Numbered from the stretch's first letter, positions 47,005-60,122 are shown. The stretch is 64,000 bases of DNA from an uncultured Planctomycetaceae bacterium (GCA_963813715.1 CAWFAK010000009.1:32001-96000); one strand, 5' to 3'. Notes: generated by a model not told the origin, from the letters alone. Translations and numbers: made by a program.

Positions 47005-49475
47005 CTATCGCGGGCGTTTGCCGTTGCGTTTGCCGGCCGATTCGCGGCGGCGGGAGATGCCGGCTTTCGAGCCCTTGGATGCGTCGGAGTTGGCGGCATC
47101 GGCTGCGTTGAGCAGCTTCTGCCAGAATGACCCGGCCGCCCCGCGAACAGCGCCGGCAGCCTGGGCGGCCGGCTGGCGTCCCTGTTTACCCCCCGCGACG
47201 GCGACCTGAGCATCCTCGTCTGGGGGCCGCTTAGGGTCCGTGCCGGGAGGCGCCGTTGTTGTCGGCTTCCACCAGGTGAGCAGCTTCCGTTCGCCGAAGC
47301 CCCACAAGCTCGACGAGATGTAGTACACGCACAGGCCGGAGGGGAACTTGTAGAACATGGCCCCCATCACGACCATCATGTAGCTCATCATCTTCTGCTG
47401 CATTTCCTGCTGCTCGTCGGTCGGCGGCGGCATGAACATCTTCTGCTGCACCACCATGAGCGCGACCGTGATAATCGGCAACAGGTTGAACGTCGTCCAA
47501 CCCAACCAGGGCACAACGAACGGCAGCTTGAAGAGCGCGTCGGGCGCGGCCAGGTTCTTGAAGTATAAAAACGGCGCGAGCCGCAGATCGACCGAGTACT
47601 GCAGCGCCTGATAGAGCGCGATGAAGATCGGCATCTGAATCAAGAGCGGCAGGCAGCCCGCCATCGGGTTGACCTTGAACTCGCGCATCAGCTCGAGATT
47701 CGCCATCGCGAGCTTTTCTTTGTTGTCGGCGTATTTCTTCTTGATCTCGGCCAGCTTGGGCTGCATCTCCTTCATCCGCTGCGCTTGGGCGGTCTGCCGC
47801 AACGAAACGGGGAACATGCAGGCCCGCACCAGGATGGTGAGGAAGATGATGGCGACGCCGTAAGGCACGCCCATCCCGTGGAACACGTTGAGCACGAGCA
47901 GCATCACGTTGCTGATCTGGGCGAACCAGCCGAAATCGAGCACGCCTTCGGCCTGCAGCGGCGTGAGCAGCGTCTTGCGTTTCGGACCGGCGAACAGCTC
48001 GAAGCCCTGCTTCACCGAGGTCTTGGGCGCCAGCACCACCTTCTTCGAGTCGAGCTGCACGCTCAGGTCGTTCTGCGACTTTTTCGGTAGGCGTTTCGAG
48101 CAGCATCGGCACGCTGCGCTCGATCGTGCGATCCTTGAGCTGGTCGTCAGTCGGCAAGATCAGCGCCGCGAAGTACTGCACGTCGACGCCGATGTACTTG
48201 AGCGGGCTCTTCCACTCTTCGACTTTGTTTTTCTCTTCGTCACTGACGATCTGGCCGATCGTCTTGGTCTGGGCGTTGACTGCTCCGGTGTTGAGCAGAA
48301 AACCCATCTTGAGATCGCGGAACTTCCGCGCGTTGGCCGCGTCTTCCAGCGGCAGGCCGACGGGTCCCTGCAGCGTGTATGAGAGCGTGCGTTCGGCCGG
48401 GCCGGCGTTGGTCAACACGACGTCGAAGTGCAGGAGGTAGCCGTCGGTGTTCGTGTCGCGGACTCCGCGGGCGGCCCGCGTCGAGCCTTCGCCGCCGGGG
48501 ATCGATTCGAGCGAATATCGCTTTTCCAAAACCAGCGTGCCGTCGGGCGAGGGAAACTGAAACGTGACGGCCGAATTCACGCCGGGATGGTTCGGGTCGG
48601 CGGTGACCTGGGCGACTTTCCAGTTGCGGGCCGACAGTCCGCTTTCGCCCTTGGGCAAGAGCGCGTCGAACTCCGGAAAATCGGTGTTGAAGGTGGTCGT
48701 TGCCAGCGAGACGTTGCGGTCGGCCTGCTTGAGTTTTTCGGCGGCCACCTCGAAGCGCGGTGCGCACGCCGTCGATTTCGGCCGACGCTTCGCCGGGCTT
48801 CAGGGTCGACTGCAGCGCTCGCAACCGTTCGGCGGCCATTTCGTGCTCGGCCTGCGCCAGGTCGCGATCTTTGATGGCCTTGATCGTCCGCTGATCGAGC
48901 GAGTTGCCGACAATCTTTAGCGGCACTTCGGTGTTGGAAAGCTCCCGATAGCGCGGATCGTTGAACTCGATCCCGGCGACGGAGCCACCCTTGGTCGTCA
49001 GTTCGGCCTTGAGGAAGTAACCGGTGTCCGGATCGCCGCTGCCCAGCACGATCGTTTGCTGCGGGAACTTGGGAACCGCAGGCTCGCCAGCTTTGGCGGC
49101 AGCGCCCTTCGGAGCGGCGTCTTTCGCAACCGCCTGATCGGCGCCTTTTTTCGCAGCGTCCTTACCCGCGTCTTTAGCAGCATCGTTGGCGGCCGGTTTG
49201 TCACCAGCTTTGACGACCGACGTGTCGGGCTTTTTATCCCCAGCTTTGTCGCCGGGTTGGTCCTTGCCCGCTGCCGCTTTGGCAGCCTCTTTGTCGTGGG
49301 CCGCGCCGGTCTTGCCCACTTGCGCCAGGGCGGCGGCGTCTTTCTTCGCGGCGTCGTTGGCCGCGTTTTGCACTGGCTTGTGAGGGAAGAACCGCGGGAC
49401 AACATAGTTGTTCCACGCGATCAGCATCCCTAACGAGAGCGCAAAGAACAGGACGAGATTGCGAGTCTGCATCAA
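47005..49475 (-). CDS. yidC: Membrane protein insertase YidC; frameshifts near 48750 and 48080
   Basis: DFGWF, YGVAIIFLTILVR, GCLPLLIQMPIFIALY, LAAPD, FPSGLCVYY; N-terminal TM and large periplasmic domain. Confidence 0.93.
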
Positions 49476-49481
49476 GGACCG

Positions 49482-50243
49482 TCACCGACCGTCGCGGAGG
49501 CGGTCGCCCAAAAAATTATCCAGGTCCGGGATTTCGTAAATCTTGGCGATCGTCTTCTCGAAGTCGTAACGGACGCGGCGGAAAGTGATCGTGGTCTTGC
49601 CCGGCGCCTGATCCGACTCGCCGAGAACGATGTAAGAGGCGCGGTTGTCGCTGTTGCGAGGCTGACCCACCGAGCCGACGTTCACCAGGACCTTTTGATC
49701 GCCCAGCGTGTATTTGAAATCAATCTCCTCGGGAGCGAGGAAATTGAGATCCTCCGTGAAGACTCCCGGTATATGCGTGTGACCCTGAAAGCAGTAGCGG
49801 TCCACTAGGGCGAAGATCCGCTCCATCTTCCTCTGATTATAGATGTCTTCCGGAAAGACGTACTCGTTGAGCGGGTTGCGGGCCGAGCCGTGAACGAAGA
49901 GAAATCCCGGCTCCCGGTGCTGGCGGGGCAATTCGCCCAGGAATTCGCAGCGGCGGTCGTTCCCCCGCACTTCCGACGATTCCAGCATCTTCCGCGTCCA
50001 GAAGATGGCCCGCTCGGCCCCGGCGTTAAAGCCTTCCGGGTCGAACAGGGCCCCCTGGTCGTGGTTGCCTAGCAAGCAGATCCGGCTCTGCATGGCCAGA
50101 TCGATGCACTCGCGCGGATTGGGACCGTAGCCGACAATGTCTCCCAGGCAGTAAATCGTGTCTAATCCCTGACTTTTGATGTCGGCGAGGACAGCCTCAA
50201 ACGCCTCGAGATTCGCGTGAATATCGCTGATAACAGCTTTCAA
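49482..50243 (-). CDS. Calcineurin-like metallophosphoesterase
   Basis: [31 protein letters not shown]. Confidence 0.92.
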   Translation of the reverse strand: MKAVISDIHANLEAFEAVLADIKSQGLDTIYCLGDIVGYGPNPRECIDLAMQSRICLLGNHDQGALFDPEGFNAGAERAIFWTRKMLESSEVRGNDRRCEFLGELPRQHREPGFLFVHGSARNPLNEYVFPEDIYNQRKMERIFALVDRYCFQGHTHIPGVFTEDLNFLAPEEIDFKYTLGDQKVLVNVGSVGQPRNSDNRASYIVLGESDQAPGKTTITFRRVRYDFEKTIAKIYEIPDLDNFLGDRLRDGR

Positions 50244-50759
50244 CGAGCCTGGCTCCCCAGTCCGGCCGAATTTTCCGCCCGAATTTACCGGCCTGACTGT
50301 GCCGAATTTGCCTGCCCGGCTAGGCGGATTATGCCTGGACGGCGTGCTTAAGCGCGCGGCGGCCTCGCAGACCGGCGAGACGCAAACCGACCCCTCTACG
50401 GCGGCGCAAATCGATCCAGCAGTCTAGTTTGGATCACGCTGGACGGTCAAGCCGGGGCCTTTCTTCACGTTGCCCCAACTCCCCGCGTTTCCGATTCGAC
50501 ACTTTGTTCGCTCCCGGCGCGTTGACCTTCGGCAACTGTGGCCTATGTTTGCGCACCCCAAAGTCATCGCTCCCGGCAAAGTCTCGCAGAGTGAACAGCC
50601 CGACCGGCTTTTCCCCAGCGGGACCGACCGCACATTCAATCCAAGCGGACGGCCGGCGTTCCTGGTTCGGTTCCACCGTCGTCCTCCGCAGATCTGACCA
50701 ACAGGCTTCACGTGCGCCCAACGGGCGGACGGCAGGCCTGTGGCTGGGAGCGTATTACG

Positions 50760-52150
50760 GTGAGCAAGACCCATCACGGTTCGCTGTTGGTGGTCGACGA
50801 CGACAAGCACGTCTGCGAGGCCATGGCTGAGTTTCTCCGCGGCCGCGGACACCGGACCGAAACCTCTTTCACCTGCGTCGACGCGATTGAGCGGATGCGT
50901 GAACATCCGTTCGAGGTCGTCCTCTGCGACGTCTGCCTTCCCGACGCGGACGGTTTTCATCTGCTGCAGTGGGCCGTCGAGCACAAACCCGACACGTCCG
51001 TCATTCTGATCACGGGCTACGGCACGATCGAAAGTGCCGTCGAGGCGATCCGCATCGGCGCCTTCGATTACGTCACCAAGCCTGTGATCGACGACGAACT
51101 CAGCCTCGCCATTCAGCGGGCGCTGGGCCAGCGCAAGATGGTGGAAGAAAACCGCTCGTTGCGGGCGCAGCTCGACGCCAAGTTCGGCTTGAGCAACATC
51201 GTCGGCCGCGACTACAAGATGGTGCGGATGTTTGACCTGATCGAGAGCGTGGCCGATACGCGGACCACAGTGCTGATCCTCGGCGAAAGCGGGACCGGCA
51301 AAACGGTCACCGCCCGCGCCATTCACCAGCTAAGCTCGCGACGGGACAAGCCGTTCGTCGAGGTCTCCTGCGGATGCTGCCCGATTCACTGTTGGAGAGT
51401 GAACTCTTTGGCCACGTGGCCGGCTCGTTTACGGGAGCCACGCACGACAAGGTCGGAAAATTCCTCCAGGCGGACGGTGGCACGCTCTTCCTCGACGAAG
51501 TGGCGACCGCGTCCCCCGGGCTGCAAGTCAAACTGCTCCGCGTGCTGCAGGACCGCGAATTCGAACCGGTCGGCGGCAACAAGACGCACAAGGTCGACGT
51601 GCGGCTCGTGCTGGCCACCAACCGCGACCTGGAATCGATGGTTCGCCGCGGCGAATTCCGCGAGGACCTCTATTACCGGATCAACGTGATCTCCGTCACG
51701 CAGCCGCCGCTCCGCGAACGGATTGGCGACATCCCGCTGCTCCTCGAGCACTACCTGGCCCACTTCCGCGAGCAGACCGGCAAGAAGATCACCGGCTTTG
51801 ACGAGCAGGCTTTGCAGGCCCTGCAGCGCTACTCGTGGCCGGGCAACGTCCGCGAACTGGTCAACCTGGTCGAACGCAGCATCGTGCTCAGTAAGGGCAC
51901 CGTGGTGTCGCTGCCCGAGCTGCCCGACGCGGTTCGCCGCGAAGAGCTGGCCCGCACCGATCTGGCCGGCTGCGTCGGGGCCAACTTGAAGAGCGCCCTG
52001 GCCATGCCCGAGCGGCAAATCATCCTCGACGCGCTGGCGGCCCACGGCTGGAGCCGTCAGGAAACGGCCAAGGCCCTGGGCATCAACCGCACGACTCTGT
52101 ACAAGAAGATGAAGAAGTTCGGCATCGAGTTCGAGCGGCAGATGGTCTAG
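50760..52150 (+). CDS. Sigma-54-dependent response regulator (NtrC/AtoC family); frameshift near 51373
   Basis: Receiver LVVDDD...[40 protein letters not shown], Fis HTH. Confidence 0.92.
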
Positions 52151-52257
52151 AGGCGCTTTCCATCCAGCTGTAGCGGCTCCGCGGCGTAAATCGTCGGGAA
52201 TCTTGAGGGATTCATCGCGTCACCGGAGTGCTCGCAGCACTAGCGGATTGACACAAC

Positions 52258-52986
52258 GTGGCTGACGGCTGGCAGCGCGAGGAGATCGACGGTCGGCCGG
52301 CGGAACGATTCGACCCCCATCCGGCAGGAGCAGCCGGAGCGGGGGTCGTCCTGTTTCTGCACGACTTCGACGCGCGGCCCCTCTCCGAAAGCCCGGACTT
52401 CACGGCCGAGCTCAAGCGTCGCGGATTGCGGGCCGTGTGCCCGATCGCCGACCGCTGCTGGTGGACGACCGTCGCCTGCCCTGACTTCGATCCAGAGATG
52501 AGCCCGCTGACGTACGTCCGCGACTCGGTCGTGCCGTTCATCGGCCGCACTTGGAACGTCGCGCCGCCCGCCATCGGTCTATTGGGAATTGGGATGGGCG
52601 GGCAGGGCGTGTTGCAGTTGGCGTATCGCGGGGCACGCGAGTTCCCCTGCGTGGCGGCGATCGCCCCGGCCGTCGACTTCCACAGCTGGTACGGCTACGG
52701 CCTGTCGCTCGACCAGATGTTCGCCTCGAAAGAAGCGGCCCGACAGCAGACAGCCACGCTCCACCTGCATCCGCTCAATTGGCCCAAGCACCAGTTCTTG
52801 TGCTGCGATCCTGCGGACGAATATTGGTTCGAGGGGACCGATCGGCTGGCGATGAAACTCTCATCAATGGGCATCCCCTACGAGCGCGACCTGACGACCA
52901 CAGCCGGCGGCCACGCGTGGCCCTATTTTGAACGCATGGCGAGCCCGACGCTGGAGTTTCTGGCCAAGAGCCTGGCGGCGGGGTGA
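52258..52986 (+). CDS. Alpha/beta-hydrolase fold (esterase-like) protein
   Basis: VLFLHD, GIGMGGQG elbow, GGHAWPYF. Confidence 0.78.
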   Translation: MADGWQREEIDGRPAERFDPHPAGAAGAGVVLFLHDFDARPLSESPDFTAELKRRGLRAVCPIADRCWWTTVACPDFDPEMSPLTYVRDSVVPFIGRTWNVAPPAIGLLGIGMGGQGVLQLAYRGAREFPCVAAIAPAVDFHSWYGYGLSLDQMFASKEAARQQTATLHLHPLNWPKHQFLCCDPADEYWFEGTDRLAMKLSSMGIPYERDLTTTAGGHAWPYFERMASPTLEFLAKSLAAG

Positions 52987-53012
52987 GAGGGAGTCTGCTG
53001 AATCCAAGTCAT

Positions 53013-53100
53013 GGGTGGCACTGGCGGCTTGTCCGCCAGTGGCTCTCTCCTGGAGTGCGAGGTAATCAAGACACTGGCGGACGAGCCGCCAGTGGCACCC
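53013..53100. repeat. REP doublet (REPIN-like) element, copy 2
   Basis: GGGTGGCACTGGCGGCTTGTCCGCCAGTG...CACTGGCGGACGAGCCGCCAGTGGCACCC between convergent genes. Confidence 0.85.
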
Positions 53101-53134
53101 GAAGAAGAACAAGAAGAGGCGGAGAGAGCAGACT

Positions 53135-56100
53135 CTACGACAGCAGCTTCTCGAGGTCTTCGACCGTCATGTCTTTCAACAGGTTGGCGTCAGCTTGCAG
53201 GATGGCGTCGGCGAGCGAGCGCTTTTGGTCCTGCAGCTCGGCGATTTTTTCCTCCACCGTGCCGCGACAGATTAAGCGGTAGGCGAAGACTTTTCGCGTT
53301 TGCCCCACGCGATGGGCGCGGTCGATGGCTTGCGCTTCGACGGCCGGGTTCCACCACGGGTCGAGCAGGAAGACGTAGTCGGCGGCCGTCAGGTTGAGGC
53401 CCAAACCGCCCGCCTTGAGACTGATTAAGAACACGCAGCAGTTCGGGTCGGTCTGGAACCGCGTGACGCGCTCGCGGCGGTCGCGAGTCTGGCCGTCGAG
53501 ATATTCGTAGACGACGCCCCGGCGGTCGAGGTGCTTGCGCACGATGGCGAGCATACTGGTGAACTGCGAGAAGACGAGCGCCTTGTGCCCTTCAGAGATC
53601 AGCTCTTCCAGGTCGGGCAGGAGCACGTCGAGCTTGGCGGACGATTCCTCGTCGCTGGCCTGGTTGACGAGGTGCGGATGGCAGGCGGCTTGCCGCAGAC
53701 GGAGCAGCGCCTCGAGCACGTGCATCTTGGTTTTGCCGAGGCCCTGGCGGTCGATTTCACCCAAGAGCGAGGCGCGGTACGCGTCGCGCAACTCATGGTA
53801 GATGCGGCGCTGTTCCTTCCGCATGTCGCAATGGATCGTCTGCTCGAGCTTTTCGGGCAGCTCGCTGGCGACCTCTTTCTTCGTGCGACGCAGGATGAAC
53901 GGCCGCAGCCCCTGCGACAAGAGCCCGCGGGACTGCTCGTCCTGCGTGCCGGCGGCAAACTGCTTGAAGAGCGAACTGCGACCGAGCATGCCCGGGTTCA
54001 AGAACTCGAAGATCGACCACAAATCGCCCAGGTTGTTTTCGATCGGCGTTCCGCTCAGCGCCAGGCGATGACGGGCCGAGAGCAGGCGGCTGGCCTTGGC
54101 GATTTGCGAGCCGGCGTTCTTGATCGTCTGCGCCTCGTCGAGCACGACGTACTCGAAGGGGATGTCCTTGAGAATCGAGATGTCGCGCCGCAGCGTGCCG
54201 TACGTGGTCAGCACGATGTCGTGCTTGACGAGGTCGGGGCGTTGGGCGGCCCGGCCGATGCCGCTGTACTCGATCGTTTTGAGATTCGGCGCGAAGCGGG
54301 TGCACTCGCTGTGCCAGTTGAACATCAGCGACTTAGGCACCACGACGAGCGAGGGGACGACGCCCTTGTGGCGGGTCTTCCCCTCGACAACCACCGCCAG
54401 GAACTGGATGGTTTTGCCGAGACCCATGTCGTCGGCCAGGCAGCCGCCGAACCGCAGATCCTGCAAAAACTTGAGCCAGCCCAGCCCCTCTTTCTGGTAG
54501 CCGCGCAGCTCGCCATGAAATCCTTTCGGCTCGTCGACTGGCTGCACCCGCAGCGGCGAGCCCAAGCGCGAACGCAGCTCGAGGAATTGGGCGTCGTAGT
54601 CGGTCTCGGGCACGGTGGCGAGCAGTGCGTCGAGCATCGTGACCGTGTTCATCGCGTAGCGGACGTGGTCCTCTTCGGCGGTGCCCAGCGTCGCCAGGAG
54701 CGAAAACCGTTCGATCCATTCCTCGGGCAGGATGCCGAGCGAGCCGTCGTCGAGCCGCACGGTCGTGTCGCCGCGGGCGACGGCCGAGAGCAAATCGGGC
54801 AGGCGGATCGTGCGTCCCTCGAAGTCGACCGTCGCGTGCAGCTCGAACCAATCGACGTTCGAGCGGACGCGGAACTTCAGGTCGGTGGGCTGGCGGACGC
54901 GCTTGCCGTCGGCGTGAACTTGCCAGCCTTCGGCGGCAATTGCCCGCACGGCCGGACCGAGCGAGCGGGCCGAAATTTCGATGTCGCGACCGGTGCGGCG
55001 GGGATCGAGCAGCCGGCGAAAGCCCTGTTCGACGAGCTGCTGCCAACGCTGCTCTTCGCGCTCCTTGTTCCGCACGATGCAACGGCCGAGCGCCCGCTGG
55101 ACGATGGCCCACTGCGAGCTGGAGGCCCGCACCTGGGTGCCGACGTAGTCAAACGACACGTCGCCCTGCAGCCGGTCGCCGTGCAAGAGTGCGCCGCGGG
55201 CGCCCGCAGCGTGATATGGGGCACGGGATCGCAGGTGACTTCTTCGAGCCGCAGCTCCTCCGGCAGATCGAGGCGCGGCAGGGCGGGCATGTCGAGCAGT
55301 TGATCGATGAAGTCGTGCTCTTCGCCCACCGGCACGCGCAGCCGCTCGCCGCGTTCGAGCAGCTTGACCCAGGCGAAAGCGCCGAAGTCGCGGAGCCGCG
55401 CGATCCGCTTGGTCGTCAGCACGAGTCCGCCAGGCACTAACAGCACGGTGCGGCCCAGCGGCAGAATCTCATTTTCGCGGCAGAGCTGTCCGTCAACGCG
55501 CCACGAAGCTTTACCGGTGTCCGCCGGCGATTCGTCCGCCTCGGCCTCGATTGCGTCAGGCTCGATCGCGTCAGGCTCCGCGGCTTCGCTGCCGTCGAGT
55601 TCCTCGCCTTCGTCGCCTTCGTCTTCATCGGTGGCGCGGTCCGACGCTGAGTCTTCCAGCGGGTTCTCGGTCGCGCTGTCGTCGTCGGGCGACTCTTCGG
55701 CTACGCCTGCCGACGCGAAGGCGATGGACCGCTTTTGCTCGGCGTCTGCGTCGCCCGGTTCGCCTTCGTCGGGCACGAGCCGTAGCGAGAGTTCCCACGG
55801 CGGACCATCATCCCAGGTCAGCGGAGCGGACGAGCGTTCGTCGCTGTTGAGGTAGCGGACGCGTCCCGTCGCGCACATCAGCGGCATGATCAGTTCGCAC
55901 AGCTCGTGCGGGATACGGAAACGGTGGACCGCGCTTTGGATTTCCGCCTGCTGGGCGTGCCAGTTGGTCCGCTCGGGCGTGCCGCCGGACAAGTAGGCGA
56001 GGATCCGCGCGTCATCGGAGTCGACGGCTTCGTCGATGCGATTGGGCCGCAGCCGCAGCGGCTTGAGCTTGCCCCACTGTCCGTTGCCGCGCCGTTGCCG

Positions 56101-56693
56101 GTGCGAGGTTTGAATCACGATCTGGCCGATGGAGCGGCTCTGATCGACGTCGATCTCGTAGAAGATTTCCTGCTCGCGGGCGCGGAAGGCTGGGCGGTCG
56201 GCTCCTGGGCCAGCGTCTGCCGCACCTGCAGCAATCGCGATTGCCAGCCGGTCGCGGGGATGGAGGGGGCTTCGATCGATCGAGTTGTGCCACCGCCGCC
56301 GGGCTCGAAGAAGTCGCCGGGCAGATCGTCGTCGTCCCCCGTGAGGTCATCGTCGAGAATCAGCGAGGGGCGCGGCTCGGTGAAGAAAGGGGGAACGTGT
56401 CCCGCCTTGATCTCGCCGCTGAGGTAGTTCCCCTCGTCGACGGCGAGCACCGTGCCCCACAGATGCTTGCAGGACGGCTCGGTCTGGGCCGACGCGACGC
56501 AGTTGCAAAACATCTTCAGGCGGCCGTCCTGCCGGCTGAGCTGCGTCTGGTATTCGACGCCGTCGCGAACGACGGCAAACAACTCGTCGGCCGTGACGCG
56601 GGTAATGGCCACGCGTTCGGCCTTCAAGTAAGCGGCGCCGCGGAAGCGGACGTCGGCACGAAACCGGCCTTCCAGCAGTTCCGCCAACGTCAT
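53135..56693 (-). CDS. SWIM zinc finger + SNF2 family helicase; frameshifts near 56150 and 55190
   Basis: CNC..CKH, LADDMGLGKT, DEAQ, SGTPIEN, FSQF, GGLGLNL, DPWWNP, QAIDRAHRVGQ. Confidence 0.92.
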
Positions 56694-56870
56694 GCCTGTC
56701 CCCCCGCGCGGGTTCGAAAAGCCGAGCGCATCCGGTGAGGTTAACGAATCCCGGGACTTTCTGGCCAGTCTGAACGTTCGGAAAGTTCCGCAGGCGAAAT
56801 TCGCGCCGAGGTTTTTCCGTCGAACGCCGTTTCCTTGCCCTGCGCGCTGGGTTAATGCTATACGAGCGCC

Positions 56871-58211
56871 ATGGGTCCGGAGCCGTCACTTTTGAGCGAA
56901 GCTGAAGTGCGGCTCTGGTTTTCCCGCGAAATTCCGCTGGCCGATTTTCGCGGGAAACGGGTGCTCGTCATCGTGCCGGATGCCACGCGCACGGCCCCGT
57001 TGCCGCTGCTTTTTGACGCGCTCTGGTCGCGTCTGGCCGGCGTGGCCGCCCGCGTTCAGGTTTTGATCGCGCTGGGCACGCATCCGCCAATGAGCGAAGC
57101 GCAGATTGCGCGACTCCTGGGATTGGACGAACGATCACCTCAGCGCCACGGCCCACTCGAAATCTTCAACCACGATTGGAATTGCGACGCCGCGCTGTGC
57201 ACTTTGGGACAGCTCTCGGCGGCGGAGACCGCGGAGATTTCCGAAGGGCGGCTCGCGCTCGACGTGCCCGTGCGGATCAATGCCCGCATTCACGATTGCG
57301 ACGTGGCCCTCGTCCTAGGGCCCGTCTTCCCGCACGAAGTGGCGGGTTTCTCCGGCGGCAACAAATATTTCTTCCCCGGCATCTCCGGTCCGGAGCTGTT
57401 GAACTTCTTTCATTGGCTCGGCGCGCTGATCACGAACGTCGAGATCATCGGCGTGGCCGACACGCCCGTGCGACGGGTGATTGATCGCGCGGCCGCGCAG
57501 ATTCCGGTCGAGCGGCGGTGCGTGGCGTTTGTCGTCTCGCCCGAGGCCGGCCTCCACGGGCTGTTTTACGGCACGCCCGAGTCGGCGTGGCGGCAAGCGG
57601 TCGAAATCTCCTCGCGGGTGCACGTGCGGCGCGTCCCCCGGCCGTTCCACACCGTGCTGTCGTGCGCCCCGCCGATGTACGACGAGCTGTGGGTGGCCGG
57701 CAAATGCATGTACAAACTCGAGCCGGTGGTGGCCGACGGCGGCGAACTGATCATCTTCGCCCCGCATTTGAACGAGATCTCGCGGACGCACGGCAAGTTG
57801 ATCGAGCAGGTCGGCTACCACGTCCGCGACTATTTCACTGCGCAGTGGAACCGGTTCCGCGACGTGCCGTGGGGAGTCTTGGCCCACTCGACGCACGTCC
57901 GCGGGACGGGCACCTATGAGCACGGCGTCGAGCGGCCGCGGGTGAAGGTGACGCTGGCCACCGGCCTCTCGCGGGAAACGTGCGAGCGGATCGGTCTGGG
58001 CTATCGGGATCCGGCCTCGATCCGCGTCGAGGATTTCGCCGACCGCGAGGATCAAGGTATTCTGCTGGTGCGGAAAGCCGGCGAGCAGCTGTATCGCCTG
58101 GCGGACGACAGCGCGACCCGTTCTGCCGCCGCGCAAGAACGCGAGGCGGCTGCCGATCGCCCCCTCACTTCCCACAGCCCCCTCATTTCCCACACGAAGG
58201 ACAGGCCGTGA
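56871..58211 (+). CDS. Lactate racemase (LarA/DUF2088) domain protein
   Basis: PDATRT, ALGTH, FPHEVAGFSGGNKYFFPG, GKCMYK, DGGELII. Confidence 0.85.
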   Translation: MGPEPSLLSEAEVRLWFSREIPLADFRGKRVLVIVPDATRTAPLPLLFDALWSRLAGVAARVQVLIALGTHPPMSEAQIARLLGLDERSPQRHGPLEIFNHDWNCDAALCTLGQLSAAETAEISEGRLALDVPVRINARIHDCDVALVLGPVFPHEVAGFSGGNKYFFPGISGPELLNFFHWLGALITNVEIIGVADTPVRRVIDRAAAQIPVERRCVAFVVSPEAGLHGLFYGTPESAWRQAVEISSRVHVRRVPRPFHTVLSCAPPMYDELWVAGKCMYKLEPVVADGGELIIFAPHLNEISRTHGKLIEQVGYHVRDYFTAQWNRFRDVPWGVLAHSTHVRGTGTYEHGVERPRVKVTLATGLSRETCERIGLGYRDPASIRVEDFADREDQGILLVRKAGEQLYRLADDSATRSAAAQEREAAADRPLTSHSPLISHTKDRP

Positions 58212-58997
58212 CCGATGACCTCAAGCCGCGCCTCGAATTCGCACTCGATGTGGCGCAAGGCCGGAGAGCTGATCCTCGGCTACTACCAGTCGAAAGGGCT
58301 GCGGGTCGAGACCAAGAAGGACCACTCGCCGGTGACGGTCGCCGATCGCGAGGCGGAGGCTTTAATCCGCACGAATATCGTCCGCGAGTTCCCCGGCGAT
58401 GGCGCCATGGGCGAAGAGCTGGGCACCTTCCCCAGCTCCAACGGCTTCAATTGGATTCTCGATCCGGTCGACGGCACCAAATCGTTCATTCACGGCGTCC
58501 CGCTGTTCGGCACGCTGATCGGACTGGAATACGAGAAGCGGCTGGTGATCGGCGTCTGCCGCTTTCCCGTCCTCAACGAAGTGGTTTACGCCCAAGAGGG
58601 GGAAGGGGCTTGGTGGCAAAGCGGCAACGGCCACGAGCAGCCGGCCCGCGTGTCCAAGGTGATTCGCCCCTCCGATGCGCTCTTTTGCATCACCACGATC
58701 AGCGGCTTCGAACGGATCGGCCGCTACGAGACCTTCGAGAAGCTGCGCAAATCAGTGAAGCTGACGCGCGGTTGGGGCGATTGCTACGGCCATGCACTCG
58801 TCGCCACCGGCCGGGCCGACATCATGGTCGACCCGTTGATGAATCCGTGGGACGCGGCGCCATTCATTCCCATCATGCAGGAGGCGGGCGGCCATTTTCT
58901 CGACTGGTCAGGTCGGCCCACGATCTATTCGGGCAACGGCGTCTCGGTGAACGACGCCCTCAAAGACACGGTGCTCGACATGCTGCACCCGGACTAG
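58208..58997 (+). CDS. hisN: Histidinol-phosphatase / inositol monophosphatase family; frameshift near 58255
   Basis: SPVTVADREAE, GEE, WILDPVDGTKSF, WGDCYG, PWDAAP. Confidence 0.8.
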
Positions 58998-59041
58998 GCG
59001 TAGCTACGCTTGGTCACGCGTTTCTCTTGCCCTACAAAAGC

Positions 59042-60122
59042 TTAGGCCGCCGATCGCAGCGCGGCCGGGGTGCCGGGCAGCACGAACGGGCCGAGGGGTC
59101 CGGCTGCAGCACCGTTCCAGCTGTGAGCGGCCAGCGATTGCAGCACGCGTTCGGCCGCACGCAGCGCGGCGAGCGCCGCCTTGCCGTCGACCAAGGGCGT
59201 CTGCCGAGCGGTCACGCAGTCGGCGAAGCTCGCCAGTTCCGCCGTCAGCGCGTCCGACGTGGGAACGGCCGGGCGCTCGACGCGGAGGTACTCGGTGAAG
59301 ATTTCGGCCTTGAGCCGGTCGATGTCGGCCCCCGGCTGACGGGCCCGGTCGAGCACGCGTTCGCCGCCGAGCAACCGGGCCGTCGGTGCGTAGTGGATCA
59401 CTTCCCGCGACCCAAAATCGACGCTGACGCAGCCCGTCTCGCTCCAGATCTGCATCGCGCGGCGGGTCGTTGGGTTGACGCGGTTGGCCGCCAGGTCGGC
59501 GATGCAACCGTTGGCAAAGGTCAACCGCGCTTGGGCGCAGTCTTCATTCTCGCCCAGGATCGAGAAACCGAATGCCTCGACTTTTTCCAGCGGCGCGCAG
59601 GCCAGGTCGAGCACGAGGTCCAAGTCGTGGATCATCATGTCGAGCACGACGCCGATGTCCGTCGAGCGAAACGCGTAGGGGCTGAAACGCTCACACTGAA
59701 TGTATTTGGGATGTCGAACCAGGCGACGCGCTTCCTGGTACGCCGGGTTGAAGCGTTCGACGTGTCCCACCTGCAGCGTCGTTCCCGTGCGGGCGGCCGC
59801 AGCCACGATCTCTGCCGCCTTGCGCGGCCGTCGACGCCAGCGGCTTTTCGACCAGCGCGGCGATGCCCCGCTCGAAGAACTCGAGCGCGACCGCGTGATG
59901 AGCGAAGGTCGGCACGACGATCGAGACGGCGTCGACCTGGTCGAAGAGTTGGCGGTAGTCGGCGAGCCAGCGGGTTCCGCACGCTTCGGCCACGGCGCGG
60001 CCCCGTTCGGGACTGGTGTCGGCGACGGCAATCAGCTCGGTCGAGGGAAGCTGGGAGTAGATGCGGGCGTGATGCCGCCCGAGCGCCCCCGAACCCACGA
60101 CGCCCACCCGGAGCCGGCTCAT
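59042..60122 (-). CDS. Gfo/Idh/MocA oxidoreductase (GnnA-like); frameshift near 59820
   Basis: GVVGSGALGRHHAR, EKP, VGHVERFNPA, VVLDMMIHDLD; overlaps the lpxA stop. Confidence 0.88.

Noticed and set aside
58160..58195. 18-bp tandem duplication in the larA 3' end, and similar micro-repeats near 50265-50310, 55545-55580 and 60985-61020
   Set aside because: Two or three short copies in low-complexity or linker sequence, with no evidence of function
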